Shown piece after piece: positions 48,474 through 60,610 of a stretch of DNA of 64,000 nt. Source of the DNA: the human T2T-CHM13v2.0 reference genome, Homo sapiens. Location: the NCBI RefSeq assembly GCF_009914755.1, contig NC_060933.1. One strand, written 5' to 3'. The notes beneath the pieces are model-generated. The model searched no databases. It saw only the letters and a program-made list of their open reading frames with translations, and was not told the DNA's origin. Position numbers and translations under genes: made by a program. The first letter of the stretch is position 1. The number at the start of each line of letters is the position of its first letter.

Positions 48474-48490
48474 CAGATCTGCAGGAGAAG
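48474..48490 (-). CDS. VAV2: VAV2 exon 20 (17-nt microexon): (T)SPADL
   Basis: cttcctttccag|CTTCTCCTGCAGATCTG|GTAAGT; phase 1 to 0. Confidence 0.92.
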
Positions 48491-51283
48491 CTGGAAAGGA
48501 AGCAGGTCAGGTGTTAGAGGGGAGGCCACCGACGCCAAGGCCCCGTGCAGCTCTCACTCACACCGCCCCGAGCCTCTGGGCCGAGCTTAAGATGGTAAGT
48601 GAGCCAAGCTACAAAGTGGTCTGTTTTGGACATGGATCATGGACACACAGGTCCGAGCTCATGGCTGTGAAAGCCTCTCAGTTACTTCTGGCAGCAAATT
48701 CTGAGCTCTGGCTTTAGGGGGCCCATGGGAGAACTTGGACTGGGTAATAGACCTGAGCTGGCAAAAAGGTTATCCCGCCTGGGCCACCTCTTTTGAATGG
48801 CGGCAGCTGCCTGGATCATGGGGTGGTACCTGGCACTCAAAGGGGAGATTTCCACAATCGCTTAGTGATGCCTGCTGGGGCACGTGATGAGGAAGCATTG
48901 GTATGCATGCTACCTGCCACAACCGCTTAGTGATGCCTGCTGGGGCAAGTGATGAGGAGGCATTGGTACGCATGCTACCTGCTTGCCATCCTCAGCTCAG
49001 ACACCCAGGTGCCAACACGCTCAAGGACACAAGACCTTAGGTGCCAGGAGAGCCAATGTTCCCAAGGCCCTTTAGGGCCCAGCCATCTGCCAAGGTGGCT
49101 GCCACCTACCACCAGAGGAGGCAAGGAGGAAAAGGAGCCCAACAGCTCACACACATCGCTGACGTGACCTCCACACCACCCAGCACTCACAGTGCAGACA
49201 GCTCTGGGCAGACAGAGGTATCCACAGACACCACAGAACAGGTTCCAGCTCAGTGGGCAGGGGTCAGGGGTGGGGGGCAGCTGGACGGCAGCAATGACTG
49301 TGCCTGATGGGGGCTTCCCACAGGAAAGGCTCTCAGGAGAGGCCAGCATCTCTCCGGGACATCTCGGCCCCCATGGGCAGCAAACAGCTAAACCAGCCTC
49401 GGCAGAGCCCAGGGGTGAAGGCTACAATGGTCAAAGGAGCACTTTCCAGAGCCAAACCCCAGAGCAAAGGTAGAAGCCTGGATCAGAGGGAAGGCAGCTT
49501 GGACACTGTTAAGGGAAAAATGGCTACAAGTGGCAAGGACGGCGTCCCCCAGCAGAGGGATGAGGAGGGGGGCAAGGACACAGGCCCCTGGGGAGAATGG
49601 AGCTGGTGCCAGCCAGGGCGCTGCCAGGACATGGGAGAATGCAGACAGCAATGCTGGCTTCCAAAAGACCTGCAGTTCCAACTACACATACTAAGAAAAA
49701 TTCAAAACCACACAGAGATGGGGTGGGCGGGTGTGCGCGTCTGCAGAAAGCAGGACAGTGCTTGGGGCCTCGTGGCAGCTGGCTTTGCCTGGGGATAGGA
49801 GGAGTAGTTTTTCTCTCCTCCTTTACACTTCTCTACATTTTCCAAATTTTCTACGGAAAATCAGTAATTAATAATCCGGCGGGGGCGGGGCGGGGGAGGA
49901 ACAGAAAGATTACAAAAAAAGAAAACTTGGAAGGAAATATACCGAAACATTGCCTTTCATCATTTCTAGGTAAGTTCACGGGTGATACTTTCTTTAAAAT
50001 TTCATTTCTTTTTTTTTCCTCCAAATTTTTGATGAGTAAACATTACCTTTAGAATCAGAGAAAGCAAAAAAAGATTCTAAGTAGCTGCAGCCATCGTCTG
50101 GGGACATGCGACCACGAGAGGGCAGTATTGATGGGCACAGCTGAAAAGCTGCGTTCAGGCCACAGGCTGCCTGCGGAATCCTCCAGCACTAACTCCAGGG
50201 GCTGCGGGATCCTGTGCACAGCTAGGGGGCTGCATTGGGCCTGTGATGGGGACAAGGGGGTCTGGGCTGACCTTCTGGCCCCCTCCCCAGGTTAGGGTAC
50301 TGGGCTGGCACTCACAGTAAATGGTGAATTAACTATTGATCTAAAGTCACAGCTCAAAATGTATTCTGGGCAATGGCGTCTCTGGGTGACAATCTCTGGG
50401 TGACAAGCTGGCCTGACTTGTTTTTCTGCCTTAAGACACCTTCAGGAGGCTCAAGGAGACAAGACCCAGAGACTCGGCCTGGGGCCACCGGGGGCTCTTT
50501 GTTGAATAGAAGCTCTGCTAATAAGTGTAGACAAATTGCTGAAAGTTTCAAGCCTCAGTTTCTGGGGCTGATGATGGAGGTGACATCCTGATGTCTGAAA
50601 CCTCTCAGGAGAGAACTGTCTCAGGCTTTGCACTGCTGTCCAGCTGCCCTGAGCAGGGCACAACCCCAAAGGTATGCCCCCGACCCAAGGTGCTTCAGAG
50701 GAGCCTCCAGGGCGCATCCCTGCCTCTGCCCACTGCCAGCCTGGCTCAATCCTCTCCCCTCCCTGAGCCTCAAGCTTCCCTAAATGGGCATGAACAGAAG
50801 GGAACCACTGTAAGTGCCATGTGTGTATGCGTGCATGTGTGTGTGTGTCTGAACCATTTACTAACATGGCTATAGCTACTGATGGCCAGGCCTCACCCGC
50901 CGGGAGAACCCAGGGTGACCGGTGTTTCTGTGATGAGAAACCTCCATGCACCTGTTGAGAATGTTCTGTGCCGTGTTTGGGGGTGGAGATTCTAGAAGCT
51001 TCCTCCTGGAGTGGGGCAGGGGATGCAGGAGATGGGGAGGGGTCCTCAAGTACCCATTAGGAGAGAGGGCTTGGAATGGAATTCATCCCGGCTGTGTCTC
51101 CTGATAAGTGTGTGACGTGCGGCAGGCGTCTGGTGTCTGCCCTGGGGCACGTGAGCACTGGTGCCCTCATCTGGTCGCTGCCCCGTGGGAGACGGTGCCC
51201 GAGGCCCGTACCCAGGTGGTAGAGGGCAGAAGTGAGCAGGCGTGGCCAGGGACTGGGGTGGGGAGGTGAGGGGGGGTACTCAC

Positions 51284-51372
51284 TGAACTTGCAGGGAGGT
51301 ATCACTTCCAGGCACTCCTTGTGTGCCCCGACGCCACACTTGGTACACATGTATCCCTGGTAGAAGGTGCCC
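51284..51372 (-). CDS. VAV2: VAV2 exon 19 (89 nt), C1 zinc finger second half
   Basis: (R)GTFYQGYMCTKCGVGAHKECLEVIPPCKF; gtgcag| and |GTGAGT. Confidence 0.97.
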
Positions 51373-51634
51373 CTGCACAGGGGAGGGCAGGAGGTGAGGT
51401 CGAGCCTGGGGTCGGCTCCTCATGCCTCTCTGCCAAGGTCAAGGCCCTTGTCCCCACCCAGGCTCACCTGGCTGGCTGTCTCCCAGCACACACATCCCTC
51501 ATAGCCCTGAGTATCCAGGACCCTCCCTTACCAGGCAGCCTGACACCTGCTTTCCCCTACCTCCACCAGCCTGCCTCCCTGCCCCACACAGCATCCCGGG
51601 CACCCAGGAACAATCACCTCCCGGCTAGATCTGA

Positions 51635-51959
<325 letters not shown>

Positions 51960-52097
51960 TGACTCTTGTGGGGTATACTCCCTTAACCCCTCAGGGCCTC
52001 CCACAGGGAACATGGGACAGATAGAACACTAAGCTCTCTCAGGGGCCTGGGCTGGGCGTGGAGCGAGGTGAGGGCTGTAGCAGGGGGTTTCCCACAC

Positions 52098-52199
52098 CTG
52101 AGGAACATTTTGCAGGCTTTGCAGTTGGTGGTCTTGTCAAACGTGTACATCTGGAAACTGTGGTGGTTGGCATTGGCTTTGTCTGGCTTGATGTTTGAC
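52098..52199 (-). CDS. VAV2: VAV2 exon 18 (102 nt), C1 zinc finger first half
   Basis: (M)[33 protein letters not shown](R); ctgccag| and |GTGTGG. Confidence 0.97.
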
Positions 52200-53556
52200 C
52201 TGGCAGGAGGGAAAGAGAGCAGATGCTACACCCACTGGATTCCCCGAGCCCCACCATGTGGCCATCCTGGGAACCAGCTGGGCTCCGGACCCAGGCTGTG
52301 CAGAATCCGAGAGGGCCTGGACTCCAAGCCTGGCTCTGCCCGCAACATGGGGCAGACTCAGGGCCCAGACTCCCTGCTCGTAGAAGGCAGGTCAGAGAAG
52401 AAGCTTTAACACTGCTGCACTGGCCTGAGAGAACCTTCCAGGTGGGGACGGTGGTCTAAGGTCCTGACTGGGCTTGGATGTGGGCAGGTGTGGGTATTTG
52501 TTAAAACTCAGAAAACATATACTTAAGATTTGTTTGCCTCATTGGATATAAGCTTGAAATTTCAGAAGCTAAACAAATATTGGGCCCCCTGAGGTACTCA
52601 GGGGGGCTGCACTGGTGTGCAATTCACTTTGACACAGACCCGCTGTTGGATGGCTGGGGTGGGGTGGGGTGACGCGGATGGCGGCGGCGTGGTGAGAAGA
52701 CGGCTATTCACCATCACGTCGCTTCAGCTTCCATGAACGCTTGAACTTTTGCACAATAGGATGTTGGGGAGAAAATTACAGGCCATGGAAAGCGAGTGGC
52801 CGAAGAGAAGATGCCCCAGGCCTCCCCCACAGAGCCTGGGTGCAAACCAGCTGGCTGCATCTATTCTCACGAGCCAGGCCCTGGCCCTGCTGTGTCCAAT
52901 GGTTCCCTTTCGATCCTCCCAAAAAGGCCAGAACACAGGCCTTCCCCTCTCCATTTCACCAGAAGAAACGGTCAGAGAGGCGAGTGCACCTGCCTGCAGG
53001 CCCCAGCTCACCTGCCCGCAGAGCTCAAGCACAGACAACCCTGCTGGCCCTCCAGGGTCCGTGTTCCGGGAACCCGTTCATCATCTTTCTCTGTTTCACA
53101 TATCTAGGATATGAGTCCTCTTGGATCTCATGGAAAAATAGTTCTGTGGCTTCAAAAACAGGTGCCAAGCCGCCAGCCCGTAAGACCCTGAAGACTGGGG
53201 TCACCAGGAATCCTCTGGCATCATGGCCACTCCCAGCCGGTCACTGCTCTGTGGGCCGGGCGTGCCAGGCTCAGCCTCAAGGGTGGGATGGCTCATTCCA
53301 GCAGGACAGCGGAGCCTGCCTGGGACAGGCTGTGGCAGAGGGAGAGCCCTCTCACTCTGGACTGATTGTTAAAGAGGATGTCACTGCTTGAGGCTGGCGT
53401 CCCAGGGGTGATGGAGGTTGTCTGTGTCCCTGACGTTCCAACTTTGCCTCCCACCGCCCCTGGTCTGAGAGGAACCACAGACACAATCCACCTGGGCTTC
53501 CACCCCCCATACAACTCATCTGCCAGGGACCTGGGGGCTGCCGCCCTGGAACTCAC

Positions 53557-53666
53557 ATGGCCATCTCAAACTGCTCCATCCACTTCCTCTTCATATCTTC
53601 TGTTTTGCAGAAAAACTGGAAGCCCTGCTTTCCTTGAAGGTGAATTAGGTAGAAGCCGTAGGACCA
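53557..53666 (-). CDS. VAV2: VAV2 exon 17 (110 nt), PH domain C-terminus
   Basis: [36 protein letters not shown](M); cctgcag| and |GTGAGT. Confidence 0.97.
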
Positions 53667-53719
53667 CTGCAGGGGGGAGAGGGGCCATGCTTGCAATAGA
53701 CACGGCTTCAGACATCCTG

Positions 53720-54270
53720 GCACATGTCCACGTGTACTCTCGCCTGTGCAGCATGTGCACGTGTGTATATGCATATGTGCACAGGTGCCTGTGCCTGTGT
53801 GAACACATGTTCTCACGTGTGTACCTGCTCTCTTGCCCATGCTGTACGTGCACACGTGCCTCTGTATGCATGCATGTATAGCTGTGTGCCCATACCCTCA
53901 CGTGAGAATACATATGCGCTTGTGCCTTCACCTCTGCATGCATACTAGTGTGCTCCTGCGTGCATGGGTGTGCATCTGTGCCTGCACGCGTGTCTATGCG
54001 TGTGCACCTGTGCATGAGTGTGCCCAGTGCTCCTGTGAGCATGTGCACACACACACTTGTATCTGTCCCTGCAGGTACACACATGTACTAACACGTATGA
54101 TGCACATGCACCCATGCTGTGTGAGCTCTCCTGTGGGTGCTCTCCTGTGTGTGCTCTCCTGTGGGTGCTCTCCTGTGGGTGCACACACACATGCCTGGGC
54201 AGGTCTGCACTCCTGCCTGCGCCCATGTGCGAGGATGCTCCACCGAGTGCATATGTAGATGCATGTTAAG
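53720..54270. repeat. Degenerate alternating purine-pyrimidine (TG/CA/TGCA) low-complexity tract with four GTG(G/T)GTGCTCTCCT-like units
   Basis: Directly visible; 14-mer units at ~54119-54182. Confidence 0.85.
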
Positions 54271-55026
54271 CGGGGGCAGGATCCCAGGAAGGATGAGCGC
54301 AGGGCCCCACCCAGGGCCCCTCCACGAGGCCTGACCACCCACTTTCACTTCCTAAATGTGATGCTAAAAAAACCTCACTTCTCTGAAGTAGAACAGTAAC
54401 AACAAAAAGGCAGGGAACAGCCATGGGCCTGGGGCACCCCCCGTGAAGCCATCCCCGACTGAGCAACCCACAACTGCCCCCTTCCCTGCCTCCCCTTCGG
54501 CCACCCCACAGGCCTCGCCATCTCTCCGAGCTCTCGGACAAAGGGCTTTCAAAGTGGTCCAGAAAAAAGAGTTTGGCAAATAGGAGCCTACTGGGTTAGA
54601 AAAGATGGCGGGAAAGAGGAACGAAGGGAGGGATGGAGAGGGGAAGCGTGGAGCGGGGATGGGAGGAGGAAAGAAACAAGGAAAGAGAGAGGAAAAGGGG
54701 AGAAAGAGGGAGGGAGGAGGGAGAGAACACAGAAAAACAAAAAGGATGATGGAGAGCTGAAGAGAGACCAAGAAACCCCAGCCTCTGACCCCGAGCTCCA
54801 GGGACTGAGGATCACGGAGTTTTCCTTTCACACTGTCTTAGCGGGCAAGCCTTTCATCATGAATACAAATCATTTCATCATCGGGAAAGGGAGTGGAGGA
54901 CGAAGGACCAAGAAAACCCTGAGCCCAGCCCCTCAGGCCCCTGGGTCCCCTGGCTCCGGGCAGAAGTGCCAGCACCAGGCTGGGATGATTGAGGCAGGTG
55001 GGAGGACCTGGGCGCTAGGTGCTTAC

Positions 55027-55041
55027 CATTTTCCCGTGAGA
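55027..55041 (-). CDS. VAV2: VAV2 exon 16 (15-nt alternative microexon): SHGKM, in the PH domain
   Basis: ccatgcttcctag|TCTCACGGGAAAATG|GTAAGC; phase 0-0; peptide matches the long VAV2 isoform as recalled (..DVKKSHGKMWSY..). Confidence 0.92.
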
Positions 55042-56134
55042 CTAGGAAGCATGGAGAGGAGAGGAAGGGGAAGACGGTCAGTGAGAGGCTAAGCCCGGCC
55101 CTGTGGTGGGTGCCGCAGTGTGGAGGCGCCAGGAGCCCTGGCAGGTGGAACACCCCCCAGTGCCCAGGCTGGGGGTGGGGTGATCAGTGGGGAAAGGAAT
55201 TTCTTCCCAGAGTGTTGGGTGCTGGTGGCAGGACTGCCTCATGGGCCCCAGTTACTTGTTTTGGGCATGAGGGCAGGGAGGGTCACCCTCAACAGCTCAT
55301 CCAGTCTGCACTTGCTGGGTCTGGACGAGGGCTACACTGCCAGCCCTGGAGGCCAGGGACTGGACTTTCAGAACAAGGGCTCCTGACCCCCGCCCCCCAC
55401 CCCACCAGGGCTGCACACGGTAGCTGCTCAAGTGCCATGGGCAGAAGCCTCAGCTGAAGCAGGACTGAACCAGACAGCCAGCCAGCAATAGCCCTATAGC
55501 CATGGTCCTGCCCCACAGCAGCTTCGGCCCCGTCCCTGTAGCCCTGGCCCCACCCGCTGGCAGCCACAGGCCCACCTCTGCAGTCCTGGCCCCGCCCCAG
55601 CAGCCACAGGCCCCACCCCTGCAGCCCTGGCCCCACCCCAGCAGCCACAGGCCCCAGCCAGCTACATGTAGAGTCTCGGACAAGCCACAGCCAGACCTAC
55701 CCACAGCCCTCCTCCAAGCACCGCAGGGTGGGACGGGAGAGGAAAGCCTGCTTGCTACAAGGGACAACATGGGCTAGAGTCAGGCTGGCCAGATGGAAAG
55801 CCAAGGTTGAAAGTCCCACCCTCACTAGAGGCCTTGGGGTGGCCTCTCCCCTCTGCCTCAGTCGCCTCACTGGGGAGTGGGATTCTGGTCTTGCCCACCT
55901 TTCTGGGGGGCGCTGGGCCCGGCGAGGAGCAGGCCTGCTATGAGCAGTGGTCACGACGGCGAGGCAGTGACTCAGAGAGGAGCCTTCCTGCAGAGCGGAG
56001 ACGCCCACCCCAACCCACCCGGCCAGCATCAGCGGCTGACTTCGAGTCCCCTTCCCCTGGGGTCTGGAACCCAGTGCCTCTCTCCAGGCCACCCCCACGT
56101 TCCTGGGTAGCAGGGGGGACCCGGAAGGCCCCAC

Positions 56135-56267
56135 CTTCTTGACGTCCTTGTTGTTCATGGGGTCGTCGGTCATCTTGTGGAACAGCAGCTCGATGATCTC
56201 CTTGAGCTCGTAGCTGTAGCCCTTCCGCTTGCAGACGATGACCACCTTGTCAAACAGGAACAAGTAC
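56135..56267 (-). CDS. VAV2: VAV2 exon 15 (133 nt), PH domain
   Basis: (R)[44 protein letters not shown]; gcccag| and |GTGGGG. Confidence 0.97.
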
Positions 56268-57038
56268 CTGGGCCAGGCAGCGCAGCGGGGGATCAGCACC
56301 CCAGCACTGTGTGCTCTGCTCCGAGGAGGCGGCAGGAGCTGAGCCTGAGGCTCTGGCACGCGGCTCCCTCTCCGGGCGAGCCCTGCCCTCACCTGGCTCA
56401 CCAGGCTAATGCTGAGCCTCGGTCAGGTCTCGGCTGTTCCCACACTGCTTCTCCAGGAAGCCTTCCTTGGCTCCCTACCCCCGTGACTGAGGCTGTGCCA
56501 GGAGCCCTTCAAGGGGCTCCTGCATCCCCCACGCTGGCCTCCCATGCAGCACTGACCCCCGACGGCTACTCCCAGTTGATCCCGCGCTGGACTGGGAGCC
56601 TCAAGAGGGTGGGACCCAGATCTGCTGTGACCCCTGCCCCAGCACACAGTAGGTGCACAAGGAGGGCCCTGGACAAGCCTGGGCCACCGTGCGCCTGGAC
56701 ACTCTCCGGCAGTCATTTGGCAAAGAGCCCATCCGACCACTCTGGGCCTGTCTTGGGTTCCTGGAGGCTGAGCATTGGCAGTGAGGGGCCTGGCCCTCAT
56801 CTTTGGCTGCCCCAGCCCAGCCTGGTGCCCGCCACAGGCACAAAAGCCCCACTGCTGTGGCGCCCGCTCGCTGACGAGAAGGAAGGAAGCAATTAAAACT
56901 GAACAACACAAAGCCACCGCCAGGCAGCTCTTTCCACAGGAAGGCCTGGCTTCCAGAGCCACTTAGGAGTGGCTCCCTGGGAGGGAGAGCCAGACCCTGG
57001 CGGGACGCCACCCAGCCCACAACACGCGCCCTGCTCAC

Positions 57039-57124
57039 CTGTCCTGCTTGGTGTGGTTGACTATGGACCGGACTTTCAGTTCCCCGTCAATCTTTGGTCT
57101 TCCAAATTCCTCCAGTTTCACTTG
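57039..57124 (-). CDS. VAV2: VAV2 exon 14 (86 nt), PH domain start
   Basis: [28 protein letters not shown](R); ttcccag| and |GTGAGC. Confidence 0.97.
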
Positions 57125-57954
57125 CTGGGAAGAAGGAGAGGGGCCGTCAGCCGGGACTGGAGCAGCCCCAGTTCTCCTGACCGCACGGGCAGGGCAGACT
57201 GTCGTGCACCCCAGGGAACTCCCCACAGGCAGCAGAGGCGGGACGAAGGGAAACAGCCCCTGTGGCTCCCAGCTGGTGCTCAGGATGGACGAGGGAGGGT
57301 GCAGAAGACTGGGAAGGGACTGGGCCTGGCAGCTTCTCTCCCTTTCCTGGCCAGCCCTGCCAAGGGGCTCCCTTCAGCTCTGGGGACAAAGGGCGATTGA
57401 CGGTGCCGGTTGTGTTCACAGAGGCCGCCGCTGTGTGGAGCCCCAAGCGGGACCCGGTCGGAAAAGCCAGAAGCCCAAGCCCCACGTTCAGGAGAGAACA
57501 AACAGCGCCTATCTGCTGCAGGGCGGGTGGGGCCGGGGTCCTGCCAAGGGTGAGGCTTCGACTCAGACCCCTGTGTGGTTCGCTGAGGTTCATTTTCGTT
57601 GTCTGTCTGGTTTTGTCTCTGTGACTCTTCTGATTCAGAGAGAGCTTCTCTTGACATGTTCCCTGCGTGGCTTTCAAAGTGTCCACACAGACAGGAAAAG
57701 GTGGAGGAAAATGCTTCAAGACACGAACAGGGCCCTGCCTGGGAGGTGCTCGAGGCACAGGCTCAGTGTCTCCTTCCAAGGTCTCAGCCCCAGAGGCTGC
57801 AAGGACAGCTTTGGTGTCACATAGTCCCAGTCAACTTGCTCCAGGCCTCTGATCTCAGCTCTCACCACCTTCCCTGTGGCAATGGGATTCAGAGCCAGGA
57901 CTGGGTACAGGGCCTGGCTCATGGGGATGCTCGACGCCTGCTGGCCATGCTGTT

Positions 57955-58405
<451 letters not shown>

Positions 58406-58681
58406 TGATGGTGCAGGGTGCGGCCGTCCTTGGCCTCCTCTGCACCCACACATTTTAATTTCTTTCTAAAATGAAAGATGAAGGGGGCAGTATCATAATG
58501 CCCTTCAGAAGCTTATTTTTTTTTTCTTTCATCGCCGACGTATCGCAGGTGCTTTTCCGTGCCCCACGTTCGCGGAGGGCATTCTCTTTGTGCTGCTGGC
58601 ACCGGGTGGGTGTGGCCTGGCCATCGGGGACCTTCCCCTGCCAGCTTCATGTGAGTGAAATCACCAGGGTGAAAATGTTTG

Positions 58682-58900
58682 TGATTCACCACCAGGGGTA
58701 ATTTTGCCACCCAAAGGACCCTCTGGTAATGTCCAGAGGCATATCTGGTTGGCATTACTTGAGGGGGTGGGGGTGCTACTGGTGTCTGGTGGGTGGCAGG
58801 CAGGTACACTGCTCCACATCCTGTAACGCACAGGGGCAGGTCCCACAACCAAGAATGATCCAGCCCCAGACGTCAGCAGTGCTGAGGTGGAGAAGCCCAG
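58682..58900. mobile_element. MER20-like hAT DNA transposon fossil
   Basis: ggggtaattttgcc...ggtaatgtccagag...ggggtgctactggtgtct...cacaaccaagaatgatccagcccca...cagtgctgaggtggagaa. Confidence 0.8.
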
Positions 58901-59563
58901 GTTAGAACCAGCAGATCCTCGGGAAGTCGGCTCCGGTCAGCACAGACCAGGGAGTTTGCTTCCTGGGGTGGCGCATCCCCTCTCCCCAGGCAGGACGAGG
59001 TGACTGACTCGGTAGCCCAAGCCTGGCCTCTGCAGGGCCAGGCTCTGGGGAGTCCCAGGAGGTGGCAGCCCTGCCTGATGGGGTCCGAGGAGCCGAGGCG
59101 ACTGCCGGCCCCACCGAGCCTGGGCCCAAACCCTGTCCATTGCCCCTGGAGGGGAGAGTCAAGGTGAGGGTGGGCCAGGGGTCCACGAACCAGGGGGCGT
59201 CTCCTGCCCCTGGGAGACACAGTTCTCCTCTTGGACTTGAAGGGGTCTTCTGTCTAGGCTTGGGGGAGAAGGGGGGCTGGGCAATGAATACAGTCCCTCC
59301 CCTGTCCCCTCCCCTCCCCGTCCCCCTCCCCCCGAGCACAGGCAGTCTTCAGTGCACAGGGCACTTGGGTTGGCTGTCGTGGGCAAGGAAGCGTGGATGC
59401 TGGGGGTCTGAGATCAAACTCAGAAGTTGCCGGGCACCAGCCTCTCAACAGGCAGCCATGGTGTGGCTGCCCATGGAGCTCACTCAATACTGGGGCTGTG
59501 AACGTGACTTTATAGGTACGTCCTCATCGACCTTCCCTAGCCTGAAGAGTCAGTCTCACTCAC

Positions 59564-59650
59564 CAAATTTTCTATAGAACTCTGAAATTCGCTGATTTTC
59601 CTCAAGGTCTCCTTGTCCCGTTTAACTTCATTGATGTACATCGCCAAGTC
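59564..59650 (-). CDS. VAV2: VAV2 exon 13 (87 nt), DH C-terminus / linker
   Basis: [29 protein letters not shown]; ttgttttcaag| (AAG acceptor) and |GTGAGT. Confidence 0.97.
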
Positions 59651-59670
59651 CTTGAAAACAAGAGGCAGAG

Positions 59671-60610
59671 GTGAGCGGGCTGTGCTGGGTGGGGTGTGTG
59701 TGACTGTGTGTGTAAGCAGGCTGTACTGGGTGGGGTGTGTGTGTGTGAGCATGTGTGAGCGGACTGTGCTGTGGTGTGTGTGTGTGAGACAGCATGTGTG
59801 TGTGAGCGGGCTGTGCTGGGTGGGGTGTGTGTGACTGTGTGTGTGTAAGTGGGCTGTACTGGGTGGGGTGTGTGTGATTGTGTGTGTGAGCGGGCTGTGC
59901 TGGGTGGGGTGTGTGTGACTGTGTGTGTAAGCAGGCTGTACTGGGTGGGGTGTGTGTGCATGTGAGCGGGCTGTGCTGGGTGGGGGGTGTGTGACTGTGT
60001 GTGAATGAGCTGTGCTGGGTGGGGTGTGTGTGTGTGAGCATGTGTGAGCGGACTGTGCTGTGGTGTGTGTGTGTGAGACAGCATGTGTGTGTGAGCGGGC
60101 TGTACTGGGTGGGGTGTGTGTGAGCGGGTTGTGCTGGGTGGGGTGTGTGTGACTGTGTGTGTGTAAGCGGGCTGTACTGGGTGGGGTGTGTGTGACTGTG
60201 TGTGTGAGCTGGTTGTGCTGGGTGGGGTGTGTGTGACTGTGTGTATAAGTGGGCTGTACTGGGTGGGGTGTGTGGTATGTGAGCGAGCTGTGCTGGGTGG
60301 GGTATGTGTGTGTGATTGTGAGTGAGCTGTGCTGGGTGGGGTGCATGTGTGTGTGTGTGTGTGAGCGGGCTGTGCTGTGGTGTGTATGTGTATGAGTGAT
60401 TGTGTGAGAACATGTGTGTCTGAGTGGGCTGTACTGGGTAGGGTGTGTGTGATTGTGTGAGCAGGTTATGCTGAGTGGGGTGTGTGTGATTGGGTGTGTG
60501 TGATTATGTGTGTGTATGTGAGCAGGTTGTGCCGGGTGGGGTGTGTCTGACTGTGTGATTGTGTGTGTGAGCAAGCTGTGCTGTGCAGGGTGTGTGTGTG
60601 TGAGCGTCTG
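59671..60610. repeat. ~940-bp VNTR, ~35-45-bp units (GTGAGCGGGCTGTGCTGGGTGGGGTGTGTGTGACTGTGTGT)
   Basis: Roughly 20+ units, most homogeneous next to the exon and degenerating distally. Confidence 0.95.

Noticed and set aside
48852-48981. Two GTGATGA box-C-like motifs suggesting a C/D snoRNA
   Set aside because: They are on the strand antisense to the host transcript, result from a tandem duplication, and lack a suitably placed box D and terminal stem.
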